Source: Octopus sinensis (taxonomy: Eukaryota). From it: a stretch of DNA of 64,000 nucleotides. How positions within the stretch are numbered: the first letter of the stretch is position 1; each line of letters begins with the position of its first letter. Shown piece by piece: positions 14,805 to 26,615 of the stretch. The translations under genes and the position numbers were made by a program. The stretch spans positions 63,562,464-63,626,463 of the forward strand of contig NC_043011.1 in NCBI RefSeq assembly GCF_006345805.1, written 5' to 3'. The notes under the pieces were generated by a model. The model did no database searches. It worked only from the letters and a program-made list of their open reading frames with translations, and was not told where the DNA came from.

Positions 14805-14902
14805 ACACACACACAACGCCCGAGCTGGGCAACTAAACCACGATCGTCCAACCGTGAATCCGCGAATCCGCTTCCCTAACCACTGACCAATTGCGCCTCC
14901 AC
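14805..14902 (-). mobile_element. tRNA-derived SINE head (gtggaggcgcaat..tggttagg family)
   Basis: Reverse complement matches the heads at 47922 and 56882. Confidence 0.7.
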
Positions 14903-16029
14903 ATATACGTATATACATACACATACACACACACACACGCACACGCACACACGCACGCACACACACACAGTCACACACACATATACATATATATATATAT
15001 ATATATAATATCAACAATTGAGGGTAAAATTAATTAGTTGTTAATCAATTTCACCAAGTAGTGTTCAGTATGTAAAAGGACCATTTAAGGCGAATTCAAA
15101 ATATTATATTATATAATTAGGGCTTAGTAAAATAAATTACTTTGCCACATACTGAACTTTCTAGAAATAGCAGCCAAAAAGGTTTTTAGCCATTTCCACC
15201 ACTTTAAGAAATTTTCTCTCAGATAATGTTTACTCATAAATAACCCACGAAGGTATGGAGGTAAAAACAGAAAAATATCACAAGTACATATATATATGTA
15301 TATGTATGTATTGCATGTGGGTCAAACATTCAACATAATAAACTACTGCATATAACTTATTTCTGTAATTTCATTTCAGGTCGTAATACTATATCAAGTT
15401 ATAAGACTGAAAAGTTACTCTTAATATTAATAGGACCACAATTCGCTTCGTAGGCGTAAAAGTTATCGCTACGTATTCTTTTCATAACACCTGTTGTGGA
15501 CACAAATAACAGACTGTAGGTACAGATTTAGTACAATAATTTAAGAAATGTACTTATCAAATGAGTTGAGCTGTTAACAAGATCAAAACGGATATGTGTA
15601 CAAAGTATAAGTAAAAGAGTATAGAAAAATTGACACGAATTTCTACAGAAAATAAACATCGACAGAGGACGCCAGTTATTACCAAAATTACCAAAATTTA
15701 CCCAACAGATTCTGAATCGAGATGTAGGAGATATTAACAACAAATTATGAGATATAAAATATAATACGGATATCCAAGAATTGATTCGTAAAGACAAATA
15801 GCCAGAAATGTTAACTAACATAAATACATTCAATTTTATTTATTAGTTGAATATTTTCATTTCTTATATTTTCTAGGACACAAATCTCGTTCTTTAATAC
15901 CTCGTTTACCAACGGCAATTGTGGTATATAGAGGAAAGTAATTGTTATTGGAGTAGAAAATAAGATGAGTCCCGAGTTTTCTTCCAGCATTCAGCACCCT
16001 ATATTCCATACTTTAGCATATAAACAGTA

Positions 16030-16077
<48 letters not shown>

Positions 16078-16094
16078 CATTTCTGTGATACACG

Positions 16095-16210
16095 ATCCCT
16101 ATTGATAGATTTCTTTTCCTTTCCCTTTTACGACCCCTTTTGATCGAAAAAAACCTACCCTACGTTTTAATCTGTCTCGTCTGTGTGCAGCCCTGTGTGA
16201 CAAATAAAGG
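16095..16210 (+). mobile_element. Possible LINE 3' terminus (gccctgtgtg.caaataaag) next to TA/CA arrays
   Basis: Resembles Tx1-like 3' ends ending in AATAAA; recalled similarity only. Confidence 0.3.
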
Positions 16211-16223
16211 AACACACACACAT

Positions 16224-16255
<32 letters not shown>

Positions 16256-16262
16256 GTATATG

Positions 16263-16353
<91 letters not shown>

Positions 16354-17344
16354 GTGCATGAGTATGTATGTGCGTGTATGCAAGTTTGTGCGTGAATGTG
16401 CGCGTGTCTATATGTGTAAACATGTGGATAGATTTAGAAGGGGACAATAAGAAATGTCGATTACATTTCGTTTAATCACTTACCGATCAACAGCGCCGTA
16501 CAGATATATATTGAATATTTCATCATTGATGTAAATGGTTTGTTCAATGACTTGTCGTGAAATGGCTACACACCTCTAACCTTTTTTCCACACAAATATA
16601 TAGGAAGTAGCAGATGTCTGTTGACACTAAGTAGGATGTACATATGATATGTGCGCCACGAAATAATAAAGACGACATCGTAACCTATGATTTACTGACG
16701 TACCTGACCTCGACATATCGTTTCAACGTAAAACCTAAAAACATTTTTATGCAGGTTTTATTGCACCTTAATTACGCATTAAATTCAGGTATAACGTTAC
16801 ACGTTTGAGCACACAGTCACATTCGATGTTGTGTATATGTAATTACATAATTCATATACGTATATATATATATATTACACTCAGATACAGACACACATGC
16901 ACACACAAACACACAGAGACACACACGCAATCGCACACACACATATTAGCCTATGTACTAGGCGTTGCTTGAGTGTAAAGAATGTTAAAGGAAATTAATA
17001 TTCTTATCCCGATAAAATAGGTATTTCCCGAAAATTTCCATCAGATGACGTCAGTATAAACACAGATATTAAAACAAATGTACAATGTTTTCAGGGTATC
17101 ATTTAATTGGGGTACGAAGAAAACGAGTTTGTGGACTTCCAACTCGCAAACATCCTACATATAATTGCCCACGAGAGAAAGAAGAGGTAAGGTTAAGTCA
17201 AGCAGCGTTGAGAGATTGCGCTCGAGATTTATCTATGGCCATAGTAACACTTACTTTATTTACATTTGTCCTCATCTTCATCAGGTGTCTTGCGGAAATT
17301 TCGCACCTGGGTTCTCATTACTTAGGTATTTTTCGATGTTGATT

Positions 17345-17359
17345 TTGTTGTTGTTTTTG

Positions 17360-17437
<78 letters not shown>

Positions 17438-17510
17438 TCACTGCCTGGTATCTATCTCGGAATCTTGTGGGTACTAGCCCGCGTTCTTAACCAATATGCC
17501 ATATCCCCGT
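17345..17510 (-). mobile_element. Short tRNA-like SINE with (TAA)n tail
   Basis: Minus strand reads acggggatatggcatattggttaagaacgcgggctagtaccc..aagattccgaga..ataccaggcagtgacctgaataataat (degenerate A and B boxes, TAA tail). Confidence 0.7.
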
Positions 17511-17644
17511 GCGCATAGAGTAGCAAGACTTAGATTTACTGGGAACTCGAGCCGTTTAAATTCTTAGGGGAGGTCACATAGAATTACTGGGGCTCCGTGG
17601 GATGAACACAACGTCACATTTATATTTCCCATGAGAAATGAATT

Positions 17645-18530
17645 TTTGGTGGTAGGGACTTGTTTCATTATCATAATTAAAAAGAGTCTATCTTTACTTT
17701 TACAAAAAGGTGGTCGTAGAAATATGACGAAGTATTTTTCATTATTGTGCTTTGTTTCTATCAGAATCGATTGCCTTTAAAGCGAAGAAACAAAACCGAC
17801 GTATACCAACTATTTTTTGAAAAATTGTTTGAAAATTAGTACCCCACTCCACCCCGCAGAACCTTCGAGTAATGAAAAACTTTCATTCTAAATTTCGTAT
17901 AGATTGATCCAGCAGTGTGGCTGGGCAAAGCAATATGCCTTAAGGTTGGAGTGGAGTGGTAGAGTCGATTTCGATTCTGAAGAAGGGCCAATAACTAACT
18001 AGAAATAGTCACATGGCATTGACAAAAAAAGGATCGAGTGTACTCTAGCTAATTTTATTAGGTCCATTCTACGGACAGTTATTTGAATAACACATGTCGA
18101 TAAGTAACATAGGTCACGGAAATATTCAACTTTAAAATATATAAATTTCATCATATAACTTGAAAGCTACCGTACAGTGTGTAAGCTTGTGTCCATATGA
18201 AGACATTTCGTTATTTGAAAACTTAAAGTTTCTTTCTCTTTAAAACTCTTCTTTCATTATCACAATTAGAGAGTGTTTTAGAATCCTTTATCTTTAAAGC
18301 CAAAAAACAAAACCGCCGAAAAAAAAAAAACAAAATCGGAAGTGCCGTATAGGCGGGTGGGGGCTACAGACCATATATGGTCAAAGACTAAAATTTGTCC
18401 CATCCAACTCCTAGAGACTTCCAGAGTAATGAAAAACCTTCATGCCAAATTTGGTAGAGATTTAGTCAGCGGTTTCGCCGTGCTTACAGGAAACACACAT
18501 ACCCACACGGAATTGTATAATAGTAACAAT

Positions 18531-18573
<43 letters not shown>

Positions 18574-20782
18574 ATAAAATAAGGCCAAAATAAAAAATTC
18601 TAATACCAAATATGCCGAAAAAGACAAAATTTTCAATAACCATTATAATTTAAGCGTCTCGAAACAAGCTGTTAGAAATTTCTAAAAAAAAACTGTTATT
18701 AACATATTGGTCCCAATTTCTGGGTTAACGAATAAGAATGTCACCGCTTCAGCGATAAATACGTAAGACATAAATGAAATACTTACTCATACCCATGGAA
18801 AGAGGAAGCACTAAGTCCTGAGCAGACCTAAGTACCCCAAATATATCCAAAATAGAAAATCTTCTGCACATCTCGAGACACGTGATTCAAACTAGAAAGT
18901 TTCACAGAGTGAAAGAATCCGGAAGTGAACACTATTAAATTTACAACTAATGTAGGATATAATTTTATTCGAAAAAAAAAAAAAAATTATGAATGGCCAA
19001 AAAATTTTCCGAGTTAAACATGCAAAAGAAAATTTTGACTAATATTTTTGCTTTTTGCCATTCTGCTAAGAATTTATGCTCGTGTGAACCTGACTGAGTG
19101 TAGAAATAACGTTAATAAAGCAATATTAATACATATAAGTGTTATATGAACTTGCATAGCGAAACACTAATAAGGCATTTGTGTGTTTGAATAAATTAAT
19201 GATATATTCAGAATATATTTTCATTTGTGACAAAATATTTTCGCCGCTTTGAAACGGCGCTCTTTTCACTGATAAAACTTGGTGCCATAAATAAGCAACA
19301 AGGATTTCCAAGATAGTGTAGTACAATTGTTTCATGCTACTTCATTTTATTAAACACTGTAAGTATTATATCAGTTTTATAATGTCGAGCAATCTTCAAC
19401 CACATAGAATTTTTTAATTAAACGGACAATGCTTATACTTATTTCATTTGCCAACATTACAAAGCGGGTAGATATAGAGAGGCTAATTTCATCATTAAGA
19501 ACACGATGGTAGTATGTTATTCATATATATATGAAACGGTAAACTTTATCTCCGGACTTAACGTTCAAGTTGAGTTAGGACTCAGAATTCTGCGTAATAT
19601 AACACGAGAAGACCTCTTACGTGAAATTGCGGTACATAAGAGCACACATGCTTCCATCATTGAAAGACAAGGACCGTCAGCTCCGAATCTGGAGGTGCCA
19701 CACCACACTATTTTGTTCTATTTTGAGTTTTCAGCCAGATACATTCAGCTGTGTCATAACAGCAATCAAAACTATTTAGAATAAATATCACTGTACATTC
19801 AGGCGTTGATGTCGAAAAAGAGGTTCAGCGGCTGTCATCAGAGGATTGAATGACAATCAGTGAGGAGAGCGAAACAGATATCACGAAACTTTCCAATGAG
19901 TTTTACATTAGAATGTACCCGTAGAATTGTCTAAGCATAGAATGTATAAAATTCACGGAAGAATGTAAGCGAAACAGTACGCACGCACACACACGCACGC
20001 ACGCATATAAACACACACATAAATGTATGTATATATACATAATACTGTATGTGTATGTGTATGTAGGTTTAGGTGAGTAATCGAGAAAGAGATTGAAATA
20101 GATGCAAAAATAGATGTATATATGTGTGTGTTCATGCACTTGTTTCTCTCTGCCAGTGGGAGTGCGTGCGCGCGCGGGCGATTTTAGTATGAGCTCTCTC
20201 TTTTACTCATTTTACTATTTTACATGTTTTAGTCATTTGACTGTGGCCATGCTGGAGCAACGCCTTTAGTCGAGCGAATTGACCCCAGGACTTCTTTGTA
20301 AATCTAGTACTTATTCTATCGGTCTCTTTTTCAGAAACGCTAGGTTATGGGAACAAACATAGACACACAAACATATACACATACATACATATACATATAT
20401 ACATATATACGACGGGCTTCTTTCAGTTTCCGTCTACCAAATCCACTCACAAGGCTTTGATCGGCCCGCGGCAATAGTAGAAGACTCTTGCCCAATGTGT
20501 CACGCAGTGGGACTGAACCCGCAACCGTGTGGTTGGTAAGCGAGCTATTTATCAGACACCCACTTCGATATAAAGTGCAAATCCTGATCATAAATTAGTC
20601 GCGTGGGTATCACTATTTCACCTGTTACTAAAACAAATGTTAAAATCTGTTGGAGCTCTTACAATTATAAGACTATGTTATTTATTAATTTGTAGCGAAA
20701 GTGCCATCCCTATTCACCAGTTGTAGCATCTGTAGATTTCTATCTCTTCCCCAATAAAAAACAGCGCAAAGGTCGACGCTTT
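17645..20782. repeat. Dispersed direct repeat, copy B
   Basis: Collinear with 1-3177; the homology may extend left of 17645. Confidence 0.95.
20205..20560 (-). mobile_element. tRNA-derived Octopus SINE (inside duplication copy B)
   Basis: Same family and same position as 2600-2955. Confidence 0.85.
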
Positions 20783-22045
20783 AGAACCGTTGTTGTGGTC
20801 CAGAGTGAATCATAGAAAGATCTCGACTGGTTTACGGTAAACGACTTTCACACCGACATTTTAAAATGGCAGCAACGCTAAGACTAATGTATTGCTGTGC
20901 CAGGTCACTATTCTGAAGTATATGATGTTAGAACTTGGGTAAATAAGTTATTTATTTTATTAGACATAAATCGTCCGGAAACCTTTTCATACCATCTCGT
21001 AATTGAGCAGACTCCTTTCACAAATCTGAAAATAATTTCCAGATAATTTTTTTTTCTATATCTAGAACGAAAGAAAAATCATTCACATCTTGGGAAACAG
21101 CAACAGTCAATTTTATGACCTTTTTCGTTTGAATGATTCTAAATATTCCGCAAAATATCTCGAGATTGTCTGCTTCTTTTTGATTGCCTTGCAACACGTC
21201 ATCTCACAAAATACAACCGTTTCAGCAAATCCCGAAATAGGTTCGAAGCTTGATGCTTAACTCTTCATATTCACAGGAAAGATGAATGCGATTTCAGTGA
21301 GCTATATATTCCTATCAATGCATTGACGCAGTTATATACGTCAAGTTTTCTCTACGGCAATTAGATTCGTACACAAGTGTTCCATTCATAAACAAACGTC
21401 ATTGGATCACATGTTAGCGAGCCTATTACAAGTGACATTTGTAACAATATAAAAAGTGAAATCAGGTTATAAAAGGATTCAACGAATATACGTTTATGCA
21501 CTTCTGTAGTTTTATTTAAATGCAAATGCATCAGCCTCATATTTCTCAGGCAAATGCATGTTTTCCCTAATATTAGAAATTGAAAATACATTTACCACTC
21601 TTTCCAAGCAATGAAAACCAGATAATCCAGTGTCGTCACAGCCAATCAAAATCCACCGAATCATTAAGTCTTATTCACCAGAAACACACGCTAGAGGTTA
21701 CTACGTCTCTCAATAGCCGGAATGTACCATTCAGTTAAGAATTAAATTATATTTGATATTCGAAACACGTCAGAATTGTTCTATTATTGATTATTGAAAA
21801 TGTATTATGTTTCAATGGGAACAAGATATTTCCGATAATGGTTTTTCTGACCTTGCTTATCTGTTAGTCTGTCAATCTCTCTATCTAGCTATTAAAAATA
21901 ATACATTCAGAACCATCTCTACTCTTGAATTTGTTCAAAACAATTCCACTCACTGCTGCTAAAACTACAACCGGTCACTTTTGTGTCACTTGACCATTTA
22001 AGAAGACTCTACAAACAGACTACTACTGTCATACCCATCCAGTGT

Positions 22046-22215
22046 TCTTCTTCTTCTTCTTCTTCTTCTTCTTCTTCTTCTTCTTCTTCTTCTTCTTCTT
22101 CTTCTTCTTCTTCTTCTTCTTCTTCTTCTTCTTCTTCTTCTTCTTCTTCTTCTTCTTTCTTCTTCTTTTTCTTCTTCTCCTTCTTCTTATCTTCCTCATC
22201 CTTCTTCTTATTCTT
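22046..22215. repeat. (TTC)n microsatellite
   Basis: Direct sequence. Confidence 0.98.
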
Positions 22216-22224
22216 CTTGGATTT

Positions 22225-22365
22225 CTTAATGCGGTTGTCCAGAAATGGAAGTTGATGGCTATATTCCATAGTAAATTAAATGTTTATGCCAAGCCCATTT
22301 AGAAGTGTTGAAATTCCACCCATTGGAATTCCTCTCACCTGCTGAAAATACAATCGATTTAGGAA
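22225..22365 (-). mobile_element. Penelope-like RT remnant (internally deleted)
   Basis: Minus-strand translation LYFQQVRGIPMG...LNGLGINI*FTMEYSHQLPFLDNRI matches PLE RT Y.Q..G.PMG and I.FT.E....LPFLD motifs. Confidence 0.7.
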
Positions 22366-22704
22366 TAATAAAACTAACCCTCTCTTTCATCTTTCTCTTA
22401 TTTATATTGATATTTCCTTAATAACAACAATTATACAAGAAACATTTACCAGGCTTACATATGTATATATATATATATATATCAGAAATACTATGTGTCT
22501 AAATATCTCATAGAGACATGAGCGGTGGTGGAGCGATAGAGTGGTTGTAAACTGTCAACTTAACGTAACAGTCCTGTAAGGGAATTACTTCACCGCTGTT
22601 TAGCCCTAGGAAGCATCGACGCTTCCTGTCGGCCATGACACATTTCTTGTGTCCTTATATATTTACGAAGGGGAGACAAATACACCCAACAACTAGGCCT
22701 GCAG

Positions 22705-22748
22705 CTAGAAACATGCATGTTTCTGGGTCTTCCCCATCATCAGTCTAG
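22705..22748 (-). ncRNA. Minimal type I hammerhead ribozyme (family 2)
   Basis: Minus strand: CTAGA-CTGATGA-TGGG-GAAGA-CCCA-GAAA-C-ATGCAT-G-T-T-TCTAG. All core nucleotides present; 5-bp stem I, 4-bp stem II, palindromic stem III ACATGCATGT, GUU cleavage triplet. Confidence 0.85.
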
Positions 22749-22856
22749 AGTAGCAGAGGCCTGCTAGCTGAATATATTTGTCTAGACTTCGTAAATATAC
22801 GTATATATATTTTCATTGAAGTTTATTCACTGATCACCAAAATATTAATATTTCTG

Positions 22857-22861
<5 letters not shown>

Positions 22862-22897
<36 letters not shown>
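22862..22897. repeat. (TA)n array at the 3' terminus of the Penelope-like element
   Basis: Direct sequence. Confidence 0.95.
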
Positions 22898-22899
<2 letters not shown>

Positions 22900-22974
22900 T
22901 CGGGGTGAGTACTTGATAATTATAAGCACCTGTGTATACCGTTTGGTGGTGTAGGTGGTGGAGTAAATTGATCA

Positions 22975-23266
22975 AAATAAAAACATGATGCCAAGGATTC
23001 AGCGGTACATATGTTTCGGGCCTTTATTAGACAGATTTATAACAATGCATAATGTATGTCTGTGGCCTTCTTCAGCCGCGCACAACAGCTTCCACAAGGA
23101 CATGTGTTACATCAAAAATTCTTGGTTGGGGATGCAAATCCTCTCATTCGCGTACGACATAATGCGGCAACAGCATAGAATTGAAGCGTCCATCTCTTTC
23201 TTCTCTCAATGTAGAATGAGGAAATTTGGATGTTGAAGTAATGTAAATAAATAAATACATATATAG
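22975..23266. repeat. pLTR segment; inverted repeat partner of 26328-26615
   Basis: The same 83-aa ORF appears on + at 22985 and on - at 26354; the copies differ by one substitution and a 4-nt indel by hand comparison. Confidence 0.95.
23002..23079 (-). ncRNA. Type I hammerhead ribozyme (family 1), sense to the Penelope ORF
   Basis: GCGG-CTGAAGA-A-GGCC-(41 nt)-GGCC-C-GAAA-C-ATAT-G-T-A-CCGC. Palindromic stem III ACATATGT, GUA site; A.C mismatch at the first stem II pair. Confidence 0.75.
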
Positions 23267-24831
23267 ACCTGAAGATGGAGGGGCGAGAATACAGGACGAG
23301 GGATAAAAAATGTATAAAAAGTGTAAGTATAGAAAAATATAAAAATGTAGAGTATAAAGATATAAAGGGATATAAGGAGATGTAAAGGGAATACGAAGAA
23401 TATAAAGAAATATAAAGAAATATAAATGAATGTAAAGGCATAAGGTTATAAAGTAAAAATAGAAATAAAAATAAAAGTAAAAAGTAAAAAAATAAAAATA
23501 GGAATAAACATGATAGAACATGATAAAAATGTAAAATAAATATATAGATAAGGGATGTATAGAGGTTACGGACCAAACATGGTGGTCAGGAGATTGATAA
23601 AATTTAGTTGTAGAAGTTTTGGGTGTCAATAAATCAACAGGGTCGTCTGGGGACCTAGTGTGTTGTAAATCAGAGCTGTTGAGCGTTTAATCTGGTTCTT
23701 TGAATTAATTGGTCATCTTGTACATACATACCATCATGTATACATACACCCATATACACGCGCACATATACGCGCGCATACATGGCTCCAAGCCTATAAG
23801 CATACACACGCACTCACGTGTAAACATGTACATAAACACACATACATACAACAGAATACAACGGACATTATACGTGTACACACCCATATATACATACGTG
23901 CGTCCATCCTTACATACACATACACATATGCCCACGCTTCCAGGTTTCGATATAAGATATTAAAGGATGTATATGAGAACGCATGTAAAGAATCACGCAC
24001 TCACGTCTACACGTGCACGCACACACGGCTGTGTGTCCATATGTGCGTGCACATATACACTTACATACACACACAGAGACATACGCGCATATGGGTATAG
24101 CTATAAGATATTAAAGGATGTATACAAATAGGTGTAAACATATGAATATAAGAAAACATGTAAAAAAATGTAAAGAAATACGGGGTATGCACATCCAGTC
24201 GTAGATGTTTACTCGTACATATGTACACATATGTATACGTATACATACGTACACGGACGCTCGTATAATCATAAAGCGGATCCATAGGTAAGTAAATAAG
24301 GGATAAGCAAAAAAAATAGACATATATAGAGATATAAAGCGATAAGTTAGGGGTAAGAATGAGGGTAAGAGTGAAAATTAGAAATAAAAATAAGAAATAC
24401 AATATAAAATAAGAAATACAATGTAAAAGTTAGAAATGAAATATAAAAATTATAAAAATTATAAAGGTAAAGCGAAGTAGAATAGGATAAAGCAAAATAA
24501 AAGTAAAAATAAAAATAAAATAAAATAAAAATATAATCTGGTAAAATTTAACATGAGATGAAGGTGGTTGAAAGTTAGAGGTGTGTGTTAAAGGTGCCCA
24601 CGTAGGGGCGGACGGGATTAACTGAAAATTGGAAGGGTGGGAAGTGGAGTTTGGCGGTGTGCGTTCAACATCCGAGTTAGAAATGTGAAAGGGCATAGAT
24701 ATAGGGAAATAAAGAGACTATATAGGAAGGATATGGGTGTAGGAGAAGAAATATGTAGGGAAAAAAAGACATATATGGGAGACAAAATGTGTATATATAG
24801 GAGGAAGATGCAGGGAAACATATATGCACAT

Positions 24832-24932
<101 letters not shown>

Positions 24933-25069
24933 CATACACATATGTGCACATACATATATATACGCACACATATACACATATACACGCACATATAGGAAAG
25001 CGGGATGTGCTGGAGCCGACAGGTTTCACCGGGTGGAAGGAAATTGCATGGGGGAGTTGGTATAATAAC

Positions 25070-26353
25070 CTAAGCTTTGTAGTATTTGAAAGTATTAATA
25101 AGTTTGTGTATACAGGATGGTTTGAACTCTGACCTTTTGTTAATAAGATTGTGTTTGTCTTTGAATTTCAAGATGTTTAGGAGTTCTACACAACATAGTT
25201 GGCATCCTGCTCTATTATTTAAATAAGGTGCAGCTGATCCGATGATGGACCACCTGAGTTTGAAGCCTATGCATTTGTCTTTTAATTCCCAAATTTTTTT
25301 AGAAAGGGAGGTGCTGTTAGCCTTATGTCGGTGTTTCAGCGAGGACCGGTTGTTGTAGTATCTGGATTTCCAGGAGGTTGAGCAACCTATGTAGGTGAGT
25401 GTGTTAAACTGGGTACTCACCTCACATGAATATATTACGTTTTTCGCCCTACATGCGCCCTGTAGCGGACACTCGGATGCACATATGCAGTTGCAGTCCA
25501 TTGCATTATTCGGTCGTGTGCTGCTAATCCCAGGCGGAGGTGTTGCAATACGAGTGGGGGCGTTGATATCCTCCTGGTTGTTGATGGGTGTAGTATTGCC
25601 TCTGTTGTCTTGGCGGGTGTTATTACTAACTGTTTGGGTAATATGGCTGCCAGTCTGATTATATTGTCTACTATCTGGATGAGGGGGGTTCGGTTGGTCG
25701 CTATAGCTTGCTCTTGATCTAGCTGTTCTAATATTAATATAGTTATGTTTAGCTATGAGGCAGCTCATGTTGGGCCGGGTAGAGTAGGAAATCCTGATGG
25801 TTTTGTTGGAGAAGATACTTCTATACTTATGGGTGGGTGGGAAGTTGTTGGAAATGATAGAGAATATTCTCTTACATAACTTACCCCTAACTGCTAAGTT
25901 GTATGGTATGTTGAACCATATATATTTGCGTAATCTGCTATTATCTCTTCTATTTCTCCTAATAGGATCTATATTGCTCTCGTCGGGAGGGTTACTATTG
26001 TGTGCTATTCTATTAGTTCGCCTATTTCCTATGCGTTGTTTGGAGTTTAAATTAGAATTATCGTTAGTATGAGTTGAGTGCGGAGTTCGATTATAATTGG
26101 GAGTTTTATGGCTGACGGACGTTCCCGGGTGGTCTACATATGATATTCTCTGGTTATACCCAGCACTATAGAGAGCCTGGTTGTAGTGTTGTGCGTGATT
26201 ATTGAAAATTTCTCTATTAGAGGATAGTTTTGTAAGTCTGTCTGAGATGGCTTGGACCGTGGTGCTAATTATACAGGGTGGATGGTTGGAAGAGGTATGG
26301 ATGTATTTGGTAGTTTCTTCGGGTTTCCTATATATGTATTTATTTACATTACT
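25070..26353 (-). CDS. Partial Penelope-like pol: RT thumb, low-complexity linkers and GIY-YIG endonuclease (427 stop-free codons; first ATG at 25768)
   Basis: Hand translation upstream of the listed ORF is open: [70 protein letters not shown]. It continues into [59 protein letters not shown]. Confidence 0.9.
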   Translation of the reverse strand, partial: SNVNKYIYRKPEETTKYIHTSSNHPPCIISTTVQAISDRLTKLSSNREIFNNHAQHYNQALYSAGYNQRISYVDHPGTSVSHKTPNYNRTPHSTHTNDNSNLNSKQRIGNRRTNRIAHNSNPPDESNIDPIRRNRRDNSRLRKYIWFNIPYNLAVRGKLCKRIFSIISNNFPPTHKYRSIFSNKTIRISYSTRPNMSCLIAKHNYINIRTARSRASYSDQPNPPHPDSRQYNQTGSHITQTVSNNTRQDNRGNTTPINNQEDINAPTRIATPPPGISSTRPNNAMDCNCICASECPLQGACRAKNVIYSCEVSTQFNTLTYIGCSTSWKSRYYNNRSSLKHRHKANSTSLSKKIWELKDKCIGFKLRWSIIGSAAPYLNNRAGCQLCCVELLNILKFKDKHNLINKRSEFKPSCIHKLINTFKYYKA

Positions 26354-26615
26354 TCAACATCCAAATTTCCTCATTCTACATTGAGAGAAGAAAGAGATGG
26401 ACGCTTCAATTCTATGCTGTTGCCGCATTATGTCGTACGCGAATGAGAGGATTTGCATCCCCAACCAAGAATTTTTGATGTAACACATGTCCTTGTGGAA
26501 GCTGTTGTGCGCGGCTGAAGAAGGCCACATACATACATTATGCATTGTTATAAATCTGTCTAATAAAGGCCCGAAACATATGTACCGCTGAATCCTTGGC
26601 ATCATGTTTTTATTT
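26328..26615. repeat. Inverted pLTR copy fused to the truncated ORF
   Basis: Reverse complement of 22975-23266; joined to the RT sequence at the shared tacatatatag. Confidence 0.95.
26511..26588 (+). ncRNA. Type I hammerhead ribozyme (family 1), inverted copy
   Basis: gcgg ctgaaga aggcc ... ggccc gaaac atat gta ccgc; predicted cleavage after A26584. Confidence 0.75.

Noticed and set aside
17460-17480. actag as a possible minus-strand Helitron CTAG end for the duplicated block
   Set aside because: It lies inside a tRNA-derived SINE head
20860-20916. aaaATGGCAGC start resembling a first exon (MAATLRLMYCCAR) just beyond the duplication breakpoint
   Set aside because: Stop after 16 codons and only a weak donor site; no supporting evidence
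26354-26605. 83-codon ATG ORF in frame with the Penelope ORF and separated from it by a single TGA, suggesting selenocysteine readthrough as in some Naiad elements
   Set aside because: The 83 codons are the antisense of the pLTR, not RT sequence. Being in frame is a one-in-three coincidence, the TGA is not at a conserved Cys position, and I found no SECIS.
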